From positions 124,001 through 188,000 of the IMG/VR virus record IMGVR_UViG_3300020473_000010: a stretch of DNA of 64,000 nucleotides; one strand, given 5' to 3'. This document shows positions 45,981 through 54,931 of the stretch, in pieces (positions within the stretch are counted from its first letter, which is position 1; the number at the start of each line of letters is the position of its first letter). Under the pieces are notes generated by a model. That model worked only from the letters and a program-made list of their open reading frames with translations. It had not been told where the DNA came from and did not search any database. Both the position numbers and the translations under genes were made by a program.

Positions 45981-46301
45981 TTACACATCATCGAAAGTAG
46001 GCCAAGACATTCTTCCGCCAGCATTCGAAGTATTTAACTTACAAATTGTGTTGATTGCACTTTTAATCTCGCGGATGTCGTTGTCATTATTCGAAGAATT
46101 TGTAGAATTTGAGTCCCGGAAAAGTTGATCAAGCTTCTGATTGACTGTTGTTAATTGAGTTGTCAGGGTATTCACAGTATTCTGTAATGTAGTAACTGTG
46201 TTTTTTAAATTGTTGTGTTCTTCAACTGTTACCGTTGGAGTCGTTGTTGCTTTTTTGGAAGAAGTGCTAGTAGTCTTCTTTGTAGTAGATGTTGTAGCCA
46301 T
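45981..46301 (-). CDS. Thr/Ser-rich coiled-coil late protein
   Basis: own late motif, SD and terminator. Confidence 0.75.
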   Translation of the reverse strand: MATTSTTKKTTSTSSKKATTTPTVTVEEHNNLKNTVTTLQNTVNTLTTQLTTVNQKLDQLFRDSNSTNSSNNDNDIREIKSAINTICKLNTSNAGGRMSWPTFDDV

Positions 46302-46362
46302 AATTATTTCTCCTATATGTTCATCTATTTAATAATAAGTATGCTGCTGATGAAAGTAAAAC

Positions 46363-46393
46363 AAAAAATGTCGCCAGAATAAACTGGCGACAT
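46363..46393 (-). terminator. intrinsic terminator after decoration genes
   Basis: ATGTCGCCAG-TTTATT-CTGGCGACAT-TTTTT. Confidence 0.9.
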
Positions 46394-46425
46394 ATTAATT
46401 AAAAATTAAGAGGCTGAAGGATTTT

Positions 46426-47304
46426 TTAAGTATTTACTGTAAATCCACCGGTGTGTGCAAACCACCATTTTCCTTCACCAACCCATATAAGGTGGGCAAG
46501 GTGAACTGCGGTATTATCTGAGGTGGTTGCGTTTGTTCCTGCTGAGGCGTCTGCTTTATAGAACGTACCGGTTAAGGTAAGAGGAACACTCGCACCTAGC
46601 GCTGCTGCTGTAATAAATTTTTCTTGACCAATAGCAGTACCATCAGGGATTGCAATTTGAGAATCTACTGTTGCAACCTTTAGACTCTGCACAATCGTTG
46701 TATGGGTTGATCCAGCATTTATTGTACCGCTACCAACACCATCACTGGTTAATACAAACGTACAGTCTGTAATACCACCAGCCGCGGCTTGAACATCTCC
46801 GCCTGTTGTATTATCGGTTGTATTGGTTTCAGGGTAATTTGCTAAATACCCAGTTGCAAGAACATAAATATCAACAACACCGGCTGTTGCAATTGCGAAG
46901 AATTTTTTCGCTGACTTTGTTCCACTATTGACTGCAAGGGCCAGTGCAGTTGCTATATCTGCTTCACCTTTATCCGCATTGTTGCCCAAAATGACGGGAG
47001 AAACTTCTTCTGCGCTCAGATCCGTCACTACAGTGGGAGTTGAATCAGATGTTGCTTTTCTAAACCAGAAAGCATAAACTTTTCCATCTCTATCTTCAAT
47101 TGTTAAATATTTATTATCGTAGGCTTCAGCTGGTGCGCCGGCGCCGCCGCCGTTATGATCGACGACGAAAGTTGCTTTATATACAGCACTGGCGTGAGTT
47201 GAATCTCCATCAGCCGAGGGAATAATGGGAGCATCATTAACCTGGAATGCTTGTCCAGAATCTTGAAACAGCCCTTTTGTTTCATTATAAGTTACTTTTG
47301 GCAT
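46426..47304 (-). CDS. head decoration/fibre-like protein B
   Basis: N-terminus paralogous to 47319-47726; Ala/Thr/Gly-rich beta protein; follows major capsid. Confidence 0.6.
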   Translation of the reverse strand: MPKVTYNETKGLFQDSGQAFQVNDAPIIPSADGDSTHASAVYKATFVVDHNGGGAGAPAEAYDNKYLTIEDRDGKVYAFWFRKATSDSTPTVVTDLSAEEVSPVILGNNADKGEADIATALALAVNSGTKSAKKFFAIATAGVVDIYVLATGYLANYPETNTTDNTTGGDVQAAAGGITDCTFVLTSDGVGSGTINAGSTHTTIVQSLKVATVDSQIAIPDGTAIGQEKFITAAALGASVPLTLTGTFYKADASAGTNATTSDNTAVHLAHLIWVGEGKWWFAHTGGFTVNT

Positions 47305-47318
47305 AATCTACCCTCCTA

Positions 47319-47726
47319 TTATCCTTCTGTCGATTCTAATTTAGCAACGTGACACCATTTGTCGCCATTTGAAATTAAGACAGAAGTTTCGCCAGCTGCA
47401 TCGAATGTCAAAGTGGCCAAACCAGTCCCATTTAACCTAATACCGCCGCCTGTTAAGGTAATTGCACAGGAGCCGCCACTTCGAGACGCACACGTAATTA
47501 CTTTTTTTGTTCCAGCAGGCTCTGAAGAAGTTGGTGCGGCAAGTGTCGCAGTGGGTGTTCCGGATGTAAGCGCAAGTGTTGTAACACCGTATGGATTGAG
47601 GGCTCCCAAGGCGCCAGTTCCTGAAAGTTCTTGGATTTCCTCTAAGATGGGGACATCATTAACTTGAAAACCCGATCCTGATTCTTGGTAAAGGCCCTTT
47701 GCGGCCGAATAGATTACTTTAGGCAT
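47319..47726 (-). CDS. head decoration/fibre-like protein A
   Basis: MPKVIYSAAKGLYQESGSGFQVND; C-terminal TLTFDAAGETSVLISNGDKW. Confidence 0.6.
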   Translation of the reverse strand: MPKVIYSAAKGLYQESGSGFQVNDVPILEEIQELSGTGALGALNPYGVTTLALTSGTPTATLAAPTSSEPAGTKKVITCASRSGGSCAITLTGGGIRLNGTGLATLTFDAAGETSVLISNGDKWCHVAKLESTEG

Positions 47727-47759
47727 AATTTTTCTCCTTAAAATTTATATGTTAGAGTT

Positions 47760-47822
47760 ACTTGTCCACATGATTCCGGTGCGGGCGTGTGGGGTCCGCT
47801 ATTATGCATGCACCGGGCTTGA
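47760..47822 (-). ncRNA. candidate structured cis-regulatory leader RNA
   Basis: ~60% GC island between late motif and SD; CCGGTGC/GCACCGG stem plus CCACA/TGTGG pseudoknot pairing. Confidence 0.5.
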
Positions 47823-47879
47823 CTATAAGTATGCAGTATTATATCCAATTTATAAAGATTGTAACGTTTTTTCCGGAAA

Positions 47880-47910
47880 TTAAAATGGGCGGCCACTTGG
47901 ACCGCCCATG
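47880..47910 (-). terminator. intrinsic terminator after major capsid gene
   Basis: ATGGGCGGTC-CAAGT-GGCCGCCCAT-TTT. Confidence 0.85.
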
Positions 47911-47933
47911 ACATCGTAAGGATGAAACCTTTA

Positions 47934-49898
47934 TTAGATGATGTTCAGATCGAGAACTGTAACAGTACCGTAGAAGTCAGAGCGAACCATCTTCTTACCA
48001 TATCGGGTCATGACACCCTTACGAGGAGTGAAGTCCTCAGGAGCAAAGATAGTAGGAGTAACAATCAGAGGCACATAAGGTGCATACACGTATCCTGTTT
48101 CAAGATAGCTTCCGCCCTTGTAACCGATAAGAATCTTGTTACGTGGGAAGTAAGGATCTTTGTAAACCGTGAAACGATTACTAAGAGAACCAACTTTTTC
48201 AGCACCGATTGTCATCGGGTTACCAACCTGTCCGTCACCGTCAAGGCTATAAACTGGCTTGTACATTACAGAAGATTCTAAGATCGTAGCAACATCAGGT
48301 CCGACAACGACGAAGTTGGCAGAACCACGAAGGGTTTTACGATGGATTGTATTAGCAGCATCGATGATGGTCTCTGCAAGAGTCTCATACCACTCGCGAA
48401 CTGTACCTGTGAAAGCAGGACCAGGGCGAAGGGAAGAACCACGTGCGATTGCAACACCGGTTTCCTTATTAACAAACTGACCTGGACTACGTGACCAATA
48501 AAGATTAGCACCGTTAGCTTGGGTCAAGAGATCATTCAAGATTTCACGATCAAGCTCTAGAGCGATTTGCTCAGAAAGGATTTGAGTAAGCTCAACTTCA
48601 GCATCTAAACTGTGATAAGCGTTCAAGTCCTGAGCAAGTTCTGGGGTCCAGCGAGCACGAAGCTTTCTGGTAGCCGCAGTAACACTGATTGACTCAATCT
48701 TAATATCAATCTCTGGAATAACAGGCTTGTTGCTAGCGCCAGCCAAAAGATTTGATTCAAACGAAGGAACTACAACAGAATCGCCGGAATCTCCTCCAAC
48801 ACGATCTGGACCAATTGCAAAACTAAGGTCAAGAATTGTGGCGCCAGTTGCGTCATTCATATTAGAAATATCAACGCTAGCGTTACCTCGGCAAACCGTA
48901 AGTACATAAGCATTTGTATCACCAATAGCAGCCAAAGGTGCTGCAGTCGGAAGACCAGAACCATCCCAAGTAACCAATTGGTTTAATCGACGAAGATTGA
49001 AAATGTTTAATCCACCTTGGAAATCTTCTCCCCAATCGACGAAATCATCATGCTCACCAGCGGCGCCGGTGGATGCATCAGGTGTAATAGCAATATCTTT
49101 AATCAGTGTTAAATCAGCGGCTCGAGACTGAGCATCGTTGAAATACGTAGTATTGGCTGGAATCATAGCAAAGAAAAGTTGCTTAAGAACAGCATCTTCA
49201 AGCCCTTTCTTAACTTGTGGATCAAATTGCATCCATTTTGCGTTAGAACCAGTAAACTGTGCTACAGCTGTGATGTGCGCATCGTCAGTAGCTTTCCAAG
49301 CGTTGGAATCATCCCAACATCCATATGCAATACCAGCTGTTTCGCCAGAAGTCAGTGCATTGAATGAGTGTCTTCTAGAAAATCCAGCACCAGCCAAGTC
49401 ATATTGACCACCAGTTGCTAAAGAACCAGATCGAACACCAGCACCACTTGGGTTATTATAAATAGATTGTCCACCATCATAAACTGCAGAAGCGGCGCCG
49501 GAACCAGCTTCTTGACCACCAACGTCATTGCCATATGTGTAATCAAGGTAGAAAAGCAATCCAGCAGGAAGGCTCATGGGTTGAATAGAAACAAGATCAT
49601 TTGCAACTAATCCACCGAATACACGACGAACGATTGGAAATGCAATGTTTTGGAAACCTCTGATATCACCGCTGGCTGATGGGCCAGTTCCGGTAGTACC
49701 TGAAGCACCTAAAGTATTTGCTTCGCGAAGAAGCTGAGCAGCCTGATTCTCTAAGAGAACAGACATATTTTCACGAGATTGACCTTCAAGACCACGAAGT
49801 AAACCAGTTCGGTTCCACTTCTCTGTAAGTCTTTGATGTTGAGCACCCATATTGCGTTGGCGAATGCCCTCGGTCAACTTATCTAAAGTAAATGACAT
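47934..49898 (-). CDS. major capsid protein (T4 gp23-like)
   Basis: LLENQ, FPIVRRVF, VSIQPM..PAGLLFYL, RKLRARWTPELAQDLNAYH, DAEVELT, EIDRE-like ELDREI, YAPYVPL, FTPRKGVMTRY. Confidence 0.95.
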   Translation of the reverse strand: MSFTLDKLTEGIRQRNMGAQHQRLTEKWNRTGLLRGLEGQSRENMSVLLENQAAQLLREANTLGASGTTGTGPSASGDIRGFQNIAFPIVRRVFGGLVANDLVSIQPMSLPAGLLFYLDYTYGNDVGGQEAGSGAASAVYDGGQSIYNNPSGAGVRSGSLATGGQYDLAGAGFSRRHSFNALTSGETAGIAYGCWDDSNAWKATDDAHITAVAQFTGSNAKWMQFDPQVKKGLEDAVLKQLFFAMIPANTTYFNDAQSRAADLTLIKDIAITPDASTGAAGEHDDFVDWGEDFQGGLNIFNLRRLNQLVTWDGSGLPTAAPLAAIGDTNAYVLTVCRGNASVDISNMNDATGATILDLSFAIGPDRVGGDSGDSVVVPSFESNLLAGASNKPVIPEIDIKIESISVTAATRKLRARWTPELAQDLNAYHSLDAEVELTQILSEQIALELDREILNDLLTQANGANLYWSRSPGQFVNKETGVAIARGSSLRPGPAFTGTVREWYETLAETIIDAANTIHRKTLRGSANFVVVGPDVATILESSVMYKPVYSLDGDGQVGNPMTIGAEKVGSLSNRFTVYKDPYFPRNKILIGYKGGSYLETGYVYAPYVPLIVTPTIFAPEDFTPRKGVMTRYGKKMVRSDFYGTVTVLDLNII

Positions 49899-49941
49899 TT
49901 TTATGTCTCCTTATAAAGTTTTTTAAGTTAAAAATTCGGGC

Positions 49942-51672
49942 TTACTTCTTATTAAGACCAGCCAACTTTGCCCATCGATTAAGCTCAACATTAGTTTTGG
50001 CAGGAGCACTGCTTCTTGTTGATGTGCTGGATCGACCAGACAAGACTCTGCTTTCGTTAAGCTTTCCGCTGCCCGAAGTGGAGCGGCGCTTACGAAGAGA
50101 ATCAGTAAGGCTCGTATATAGAAGTTTTGCTTCGCGTAACGTCTTGGCATTATCAAGGGCCTCAACAATGGCACGCTGTTGCTTTGTGTTTAAGTCATGC
50201 TGTTGCATCAATTTGTTTACATACAACAATTTAGCATTAAATAAATTTGATTCTTTCAATTCTTTTTGTGCAGAAGCAGCTTTTCTTTCAGCTAACTGAA
50301 TACGCTTTTGAATAGCGTTTCGTTTTTTAGATTCTGCAAGACGAAGTTGTTTTCTTCGGTTGGCTACATATCTTGCTCGACGGCGTCTTTCTTGGACGGC
50401 GCCTTTTTGAACTGAACCACCACCGAAGTTATCGGCAGATTTTAAAGCGTTTCCGCCTTTTTCAGCATTTGCATCAGAGCCAAGTTCTTCAGCCAAAGCG
50501 TTGATGAGAGTTTCTTCATCAACTTCAATCACTGATCCGCCATGATTTAAAGATGGATCAGCAGCTTTTGCTTCACTTTCAAACATTCTGCGTCTTCTAG
50601 AAGTAGGTCGACGGCTTCTGCGTCTTTTCGATTCACGGACTGGGCGTCGACGGTTACGACGCATTTTCATTAACTCTCTACGTAACGCAGCTTCGTTAAT
50701 TTCAACAACTTCACCTTCATCAGCGTCGTCGGCTTCATCAGCATCGCCTTCGTACATTTCATCGAGTTCAAGAGCTAATTCATCATCAGCTTCTTCATCT
50801 TCAAGTCCTTCTTCATCTTCAAGCCCTTCAAGATCTTCTTCTCCTTCTTCTTCTTCACCGCCAACTTGAACATCTAATCCAAGGGCAGCTCCCAAATCTT
50901 CAAGAGCAGAAGAAGCAGCGTCAACATCGACGTCGCCTTCTTCTTCTAGGCCTTCTTCTTCTTCACCTTCAAGACCTTCGTCTTCTAGGCCAAGATCATC
51001 GTCGCCGGCTTCCTCTTCGCCTTCGAAGAGCCACCAGGCATTTTCATTTAGCCGGCGGGTGGACCGGCGCGTTCTTCTTGACATATTATTCTCCTTAAGT
51101 ACGCTTAAAATTTTGCGGCCTAATTTAACTTCGGCCTTATTATTACTAGTTATGCATTCTTTTTGTAATTTTACCATTTCAGATAAAATTTTCTTTCGCT
51201 TTGCAACAGAGCGACATTCTCTTAATTGAGAAATCAATTGAGCAAAGCGGTTTTTCTTTTGGGTAAAACGTCTTGCGTTTAATCTTTTATGAGCTGTTTT
51301 GGTAGCAGACTCAACAGTAACGTTAATTGTAACATTTTTATCGTCATCTTCTGAATCTTCATCATCTGGTACGACTAACTCATCTTCAACAGGTAGAGCA
51401 TCAACAGATGGCGGAGGTAATGGAGATGGAATTTCTTCAGAATCTGGAAGTCCTTCTAATTCATCTTCAAGTGGGATAATTTCTTCACCTGAATCTCCTG
51501 GCTCATCCAGCATAGCGGCTTCCAATTCATCGTCGCCTGCTAATTCTGCTTCAATTAACCTTCGAATCCGAGGGGTAACTGCCTCAATGATTTTGTTTTT
51601 GGCGTTTTGCTCTGCAACTTCACGAAGTTTTTTTGCTTCAGCAATAGCCTCTTGATAAATATTTGAACCCAT
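49942..51672 (-). CDS. prohead core/scaffold protein
   Basis: very acidic; C-terminal LKESNLFNAKLLYVNKL...REAKLLY...RWAKLAG; immediately upstream of capsid. Confidence 0.8.
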   Translation of the reverse strand: MGSNIYQEAIAEAKKLREVAEQNAKNKIIEAVTPRIRRLIEAELAGDDELEAAMLDEPGDSGEEIIPLEDELEGLPDSEEIPSPLPPPSVDALPVEDELVVPDDEDSEDDDKNVTINVTVESATKTAHKRLNARRFTQKKNRFAQLISQLRECRSVAKRKKILSEMVKLQKECITSNNKAEVKLGRKILSVLKENNMSRRTRRSTRRLNENAWWLFEGEEEAGDDDLGLEDEGLEGEEEEGLEEEGDVDVDAASSALEDLGAALGLDVQVGGEEEEGEEDLEGLEDEEGLEDEEADDELALELDEMYEGDADEADDADEGEVVEINEAALRRELMKMRRNRRRPVRESKRRRSRRPTSRRRRMFESEAKAADPSLNHGGSVIEVDEETLINALAEELGSDANAEKGGNALKSADNFGGGSVQKGAVQERRRRARYVANRRKQLRLAESKKRNAIQKRIQLAERKAASAQKELKESNLFNAKLLYVNKLMQQHDLNTKQQRAIVEALDNAKTLREAKLLYTSLTDSLRKRRSTSGSGKLNESRVLSGRSSTSTRSSAPAKTNVELNRWAKLAGLNKK

Positions 51673-51727
51673 ATTTTAAACTCCTAAATCAACACTGATA
51701 AGTATTCACCATCTTAGCAAAAATCCT

Positions 51728-51955
51728 TTATGATCTCTTTCTTTGGGCGCGCCGTTTTCCTAAATGGCGTTTTTTTCTTTCTTTCATCCCTTTTGTTCTG
51801 GGATATTCTTTTTCTTTTAATTCTTTTAGAATACCACTTTTTTTCCATTTTCGCATGAATTTTTTTACAAGAATATTGTTATTTTCTTCAATTGATCTTT
51901 TATTCTGTTGTTTTGGATTTAATTTAACTCCAAAATTGTACTTGCCGGAACTCAT
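51728..51955 (-). CDS. rpsU: ribosomal protein bS21-like protein
   Basis: ILVKKFMRKWKKSGILKELKEKEY aligns with bS21 ALRRFKRxxxKxGxLxExRxREF; basic C-terminal helix. Confidence 0.7.
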   Translation of the reverse strand: MSSGKYNFGVKLNPKQQNKRSIEENNNILVKKFMRKWKKSGILKELKEKEYPRTKGMKERKKRHLGKRRAQRKRS

Positions 51956-52497
51956 AGTATCCTCTTAAGTGTTAGTCTGATCCATTCTCGCAAATCTTCC
52001 TCGGATTGCTTTTTTGCAAGATCGCTTAAATTAAATATGCGGCTTTCGTCTTCTTCTCCAGTTTCTGGTAAATAAGACCAACCTTTTTTATCTCCTGGGC
52101 TAAAACGTTTCCACCCATGGTGGTTTCGGGTTGTTCTGGCGCCTGTGGGAGGCTTATCTAATTCCCCTGAAGATATTTTGTGTAAACCCGGGATAGCTCC
52201 AATGCTTTTCGAAACACGTTCAGATAATTTTGTATTACCGGCGACATAATAAAAAGGATCATAATGATCTCCTTTATCGTAATCAAACATTTGAGGAGTT
52301 TTTTTCATTACAGCTTCGACAGACTCATCTGAGACTTCAACATCCGATATATCCTCATCCTCTTCTTCATATGGATATGTAGAAGCACCTAAAGTTTTAT
52401 GTACATGGAATTTAGGATCGGAACGACCATATCCCAGGTCGTTCCGTCCATCTAAGTGAGACTTAGGAAAATTACCACCGGCAAATTTGCTTGGCAT
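51952..52497 (-). CDS. hypothetical head-region protein
   Basis: 181 aa; ends LREWIRLTL. Confidence 0.7.
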   Translation of the reverse strand: MPSKFAGGNFPKSHLDGRNDLGYGRSDPKFHVHKTLGASTYPYEEEDEDISDVEVSDESVEAVMKKTPQMFDYDKGDHYDPFYYVAGNTKLSERVSKSIGAIPGLHKISSGELDKPPTGARTTRNHHGWKRFSPGDKKGWSYLPETGEEDESRIFNLSDLAKKQSEEDLREWIRLTLKRIL

Positions 52498-52499
52498 TA

Positions 52500-52970
52500 T
52501 TAACTAGTAGTCCCGGGACCCTTACCAAGAGCGTAATCTCCGGCTTTCATCGTAGAATGGACTGCCGAAGCTTGTTTTGGTTGTAATTTACTTCCTACTC
52601 CAGTTCCCCAATTATCTGCTCTGTTTTGACCAAATCCATCGGGTGGAGCGGGAACATCAGCTGGATTGAGGGATCCGGCGCCGGGAGATGAAGGATTAGG
52701 AACATACCCTGAAGGTAAATTGTGTTTGCCAGTATCGACAGCATCGATATCTGGTGCGTTAGAATAATCCCGATCGACGGAATCGAAACAAAATCCATTC
52801 TTCACAGTCCCATCCATTACTTTTTCCTGAAATAATTTTACTAAATCAGCATCTGTAATTTTGGGAGTACCCGGATAAGCAGCCGAAATTCTTGCAGAGT
52901 CACTGGAACCTAAAGCATAGGTTGTAGTAGAATCTGCTCTATTAATAGTACCGTATTTATGAGTTGGCAT
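52500..52970 (-). CDS. hypothetical Pro/Gly-rich head-region protein
   Basis: 156 aa, GGAG SD. Confidence 0.7.
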   Translation of the reverse strand: MPTHKYGTINRADSTTTYALGSSDSARISAAYPGTPKITDADLVKLFQEKVMDGTVKNGFCFDSVDRDYSNAPDIDAVDTGKHNLPSGYVPNPSSPGAGSLNPADVPAPPDGFGQNRADNWGTGVGSKLQPKQASAVHSTMKAGDYALGKGPGTTS

Positions 52971-52984
52971 ATTATATTCTCCAA

Positions 52985-53302
52985 TTAAATGTTTTTAATG
53001 ATTCTTTTACGTAACTTAGCTTTTCTTTCCTGTAACTTTTTCATTTTTTTAACTAAATTCTTGTGTTGTTTGGTTAATTTATTCTCTTGAATTTTTAACG
53101 CTTTAATAAAATCTATATCTTGCTCTAGAGCGTCTCCGTTAGCCCATCCTTCTTCTTTTGCTTTTACATCTTCAACAGAAGCGATTTTTCCAGATAAACT
53201 TTCTTTTTGCAGTTTTTTGGCTTCCGCCAAAACTAAAGCACGAAGCGCTGAGCTACTAATTTTTCTTGTAGATCTACGTCTAGTATTTGCTCTTTTTTTC
53301 AT
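52985..53302 (-). CDS. hypothetical basic coiled-coil head-region protein (start 53302)
   Basis: AAGGAG SD and late motif 53334-53341 lie within the ORF-track 5' extension. Confidence 0.7.
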   Translation of the reverse strand: MKKRANTRRRSTRKISSSALRALVLAEAKKLQKESLSGKIASVEDVKAKEEGWANGDALEQDIDFIKALKIQENKLTKQHKNLVKKMKKLQERKAKLRKRIIKNI

Positions 53303-53363
53303 AACTGAAATCTCCTTAATTTGCACTACATTATTAAGTATGCAGTACCTCATTAGTAATTAT

Positions 53364-53771
53364 TCAGTTGTTTGGCTTTCCGGAAGAAAATGCTAATTGA
53401 GCCCAATTATTTGACCCTTCAAATAAGTCGGTTAGTTCCGAATCTTGAACTAAACGAGCAGCGGAATCTGCTGGAACATATGCACCTCGAGCATCATTTT
53501 TCATTCCTTGATTAGCCAGTGTCGTAGCAGCTGTATCAGCAAATATATCTGACATAATCGAATCTCCTCCAGAAACTTCATGAATTGCTGCTTCAGATAC
53601 TATTTTGCGAGGAGGAGATTTGGATAAAGTCTTTTTTGTTTTTGGTTTTGGGGCGATGCTTTCAAATAAGTGATCTTCATCTTCTTCGGAATTAAGCCCT
53701 TCTACAAGAATCTCGACAAGACATTCTTTAACAATTTCTTTTAATAATGAACGTGTAACTTTTTTTGGCAT
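53364..53771 (-). CDS. hypothetical head-region protein
   Basis: LLKEIVKECLVEILVEG. Confidence 0.7.
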   Translation of the reverse strand: MPKKVTRSLLKEIVKECLVEILVEGLNSEEDEDHLFESIAPKPKTKKTLSKSPPRKIVSEAAIHEVSGGDSIMSDIFADTAATTLANQGMKNDARGAYVPADSAARLVQDSELTDLFEGSNNWAQLAFSSGKPNN

Positions 53772-53774
53772 GAT

Positions 53775-54317
53775 TTATCCTACGTCTGAGCCGGACAATA
53801 CAGGCATGGCATTGCGATGAATATTTGTTAATCCAACCATTAACGTACAGCCGGCTCTGTTGTTGTTGTCAATATATATTTCTGAACACTTTATTGGAAT
53901 TGCTTGAGTATAGGCGCCATTTTTAATATTCATTCTACTAGTCATGGTCGTAAGTCGGGTGGGAGTATGTATCCCGGGATCGCCGTCGGTGAAATTCGAA
54001 GAGATAGATGCCAAGGAAAAATCTGTGGCGGCGGTTTGCTTAGGTTTTGAAGCTGCTCCACTCGGAGTGAAAGAAATAAAGACATCCTGGGAGTGGGTAC
54101 AGGCGTTGGTTATCATAATCCATTGAGTTACATATGGAAACTGAATCCTTACTGGGTTAGAAGATGCTGGTATTTCATAAACAGCGGGATAACCTGCTAC
54201 TTGATACTCTGGTGCAAAATTTATATGAGGGGCAGGGTGGTTCATTGCTGCAGCGGTGGACGCGTTTGAGGTCGCCTGGTTCTTTTTGTCATAGTCTCTA
54301 TAATAATTATTACCCAT
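53775..54317 (-). CDS. hypothetical structural protein
   Basis: EYQVAGYP, IQFPYVTQWIMITN; coupled to protease stop. Confidence 0.7.
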   Translation of the reverse strand: MGNNYYRDYDKKNQATSNASTAAAMNHPAPHINFAPEYQVAGYPAVYEIPASSNPVRIQFPYVTQWIMITNACTHSQDVFISFTPSGAASKPKQTAATDFSLASISSNFTDGDPGIHTPTRLTTMTSRMNIKNGAYTQAIPIKCSEIYIDNNNRAGCTLMVGLTNIHRNAMPVLSGSDVG

Positions 54318-54931
54318 TATTCATTACTCCAATCTAGTATGTCATTAAATATTCTATCAACTCTATCTGATTTATTAAACACTTCTTTTAATTCTTTTTC
54401 AGAAATTTCTCTTCCTTCTTTCATCATAAATGCGCCTGGTGTTGAAGGTTCAGATACAAAGTCCCAACAAATTAGCTGAAAATCATCCTGCACTACTTGA
54501 TGATCACCTTCTCGTCTAGTTGAACCAACACCTCTAGAAGAAATGCCTAAAGTAACGCCAGAATCAACGAGAGACTTAAGTATTTTACCGCTAGGGGTAT
54601 CTAAAATCTCAACTGTACCGTAACATATATCTCCATCCATATAGGCCTCACGGACAATATGGGATGAATTTTTAAGTTCTACTACAGATGAATCCGGATG
54701 ATCTAATTCTCCAAGTGCCCTATTTTCGGCAATAAATTTTTGATAGTTTCGGACTTCTCTTTCTAAAATTTCTATAGGATATATTCTTCCATTCTGATTT
54801 AAAGTATTTGCTTTTTGGAGAATACCTTTCATTGTATATCTCCCTCCGGAAGAATCTCTTTCCTGAAGCATTTTTTCTCTATCAAATTCCCATGCGCTGA
54901 ATTCAGTTAATAATTTCATAGTCTTTTTCAT
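54317..54931 (-). CDS. prohead core protease (T4 gp21-like)
   Basis: NQNGRIYP, RALGELDHP, SHIV, LGISSRGVGS, WDFVSEPSTPGA. Confidence 0.95.
   Translation of the reverse strand: MKKTMKLLTEFSAWEFDREKMLQERDSSGGRYTMKGILQKANTLNQNGRIYPIEILEREVRNYQKFIAENRALGELDHPDSSVVELKNSSHIVREAYMDGDICYGTVEILDTPSGKILKSLVDSGVTLGISSRGVGSTRREGDHQVVQDDFQLICWDFVSEPSTPGAFMMKEGREISEKELKEVFNKSDRVDRIFNDILDWSNE

Noticed and set aside
47760-47822. Assignment of the leader RNA to HDV/theta, twister, hatchet or guanidine-III families
   Set aside because: Only short word matches (AAGCCCGG, CAUGUGG, GGACAAG); required elements such as HDV P3/L3/P1.1 are missing.
50700-51020. Repetitive tcttc-rich DNA as a CRISPR or tandem array
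   Set aside because: It simply encodes Glu/Asp-rich low-complexity scaffold sequence; no fixed repeat-spacer period.
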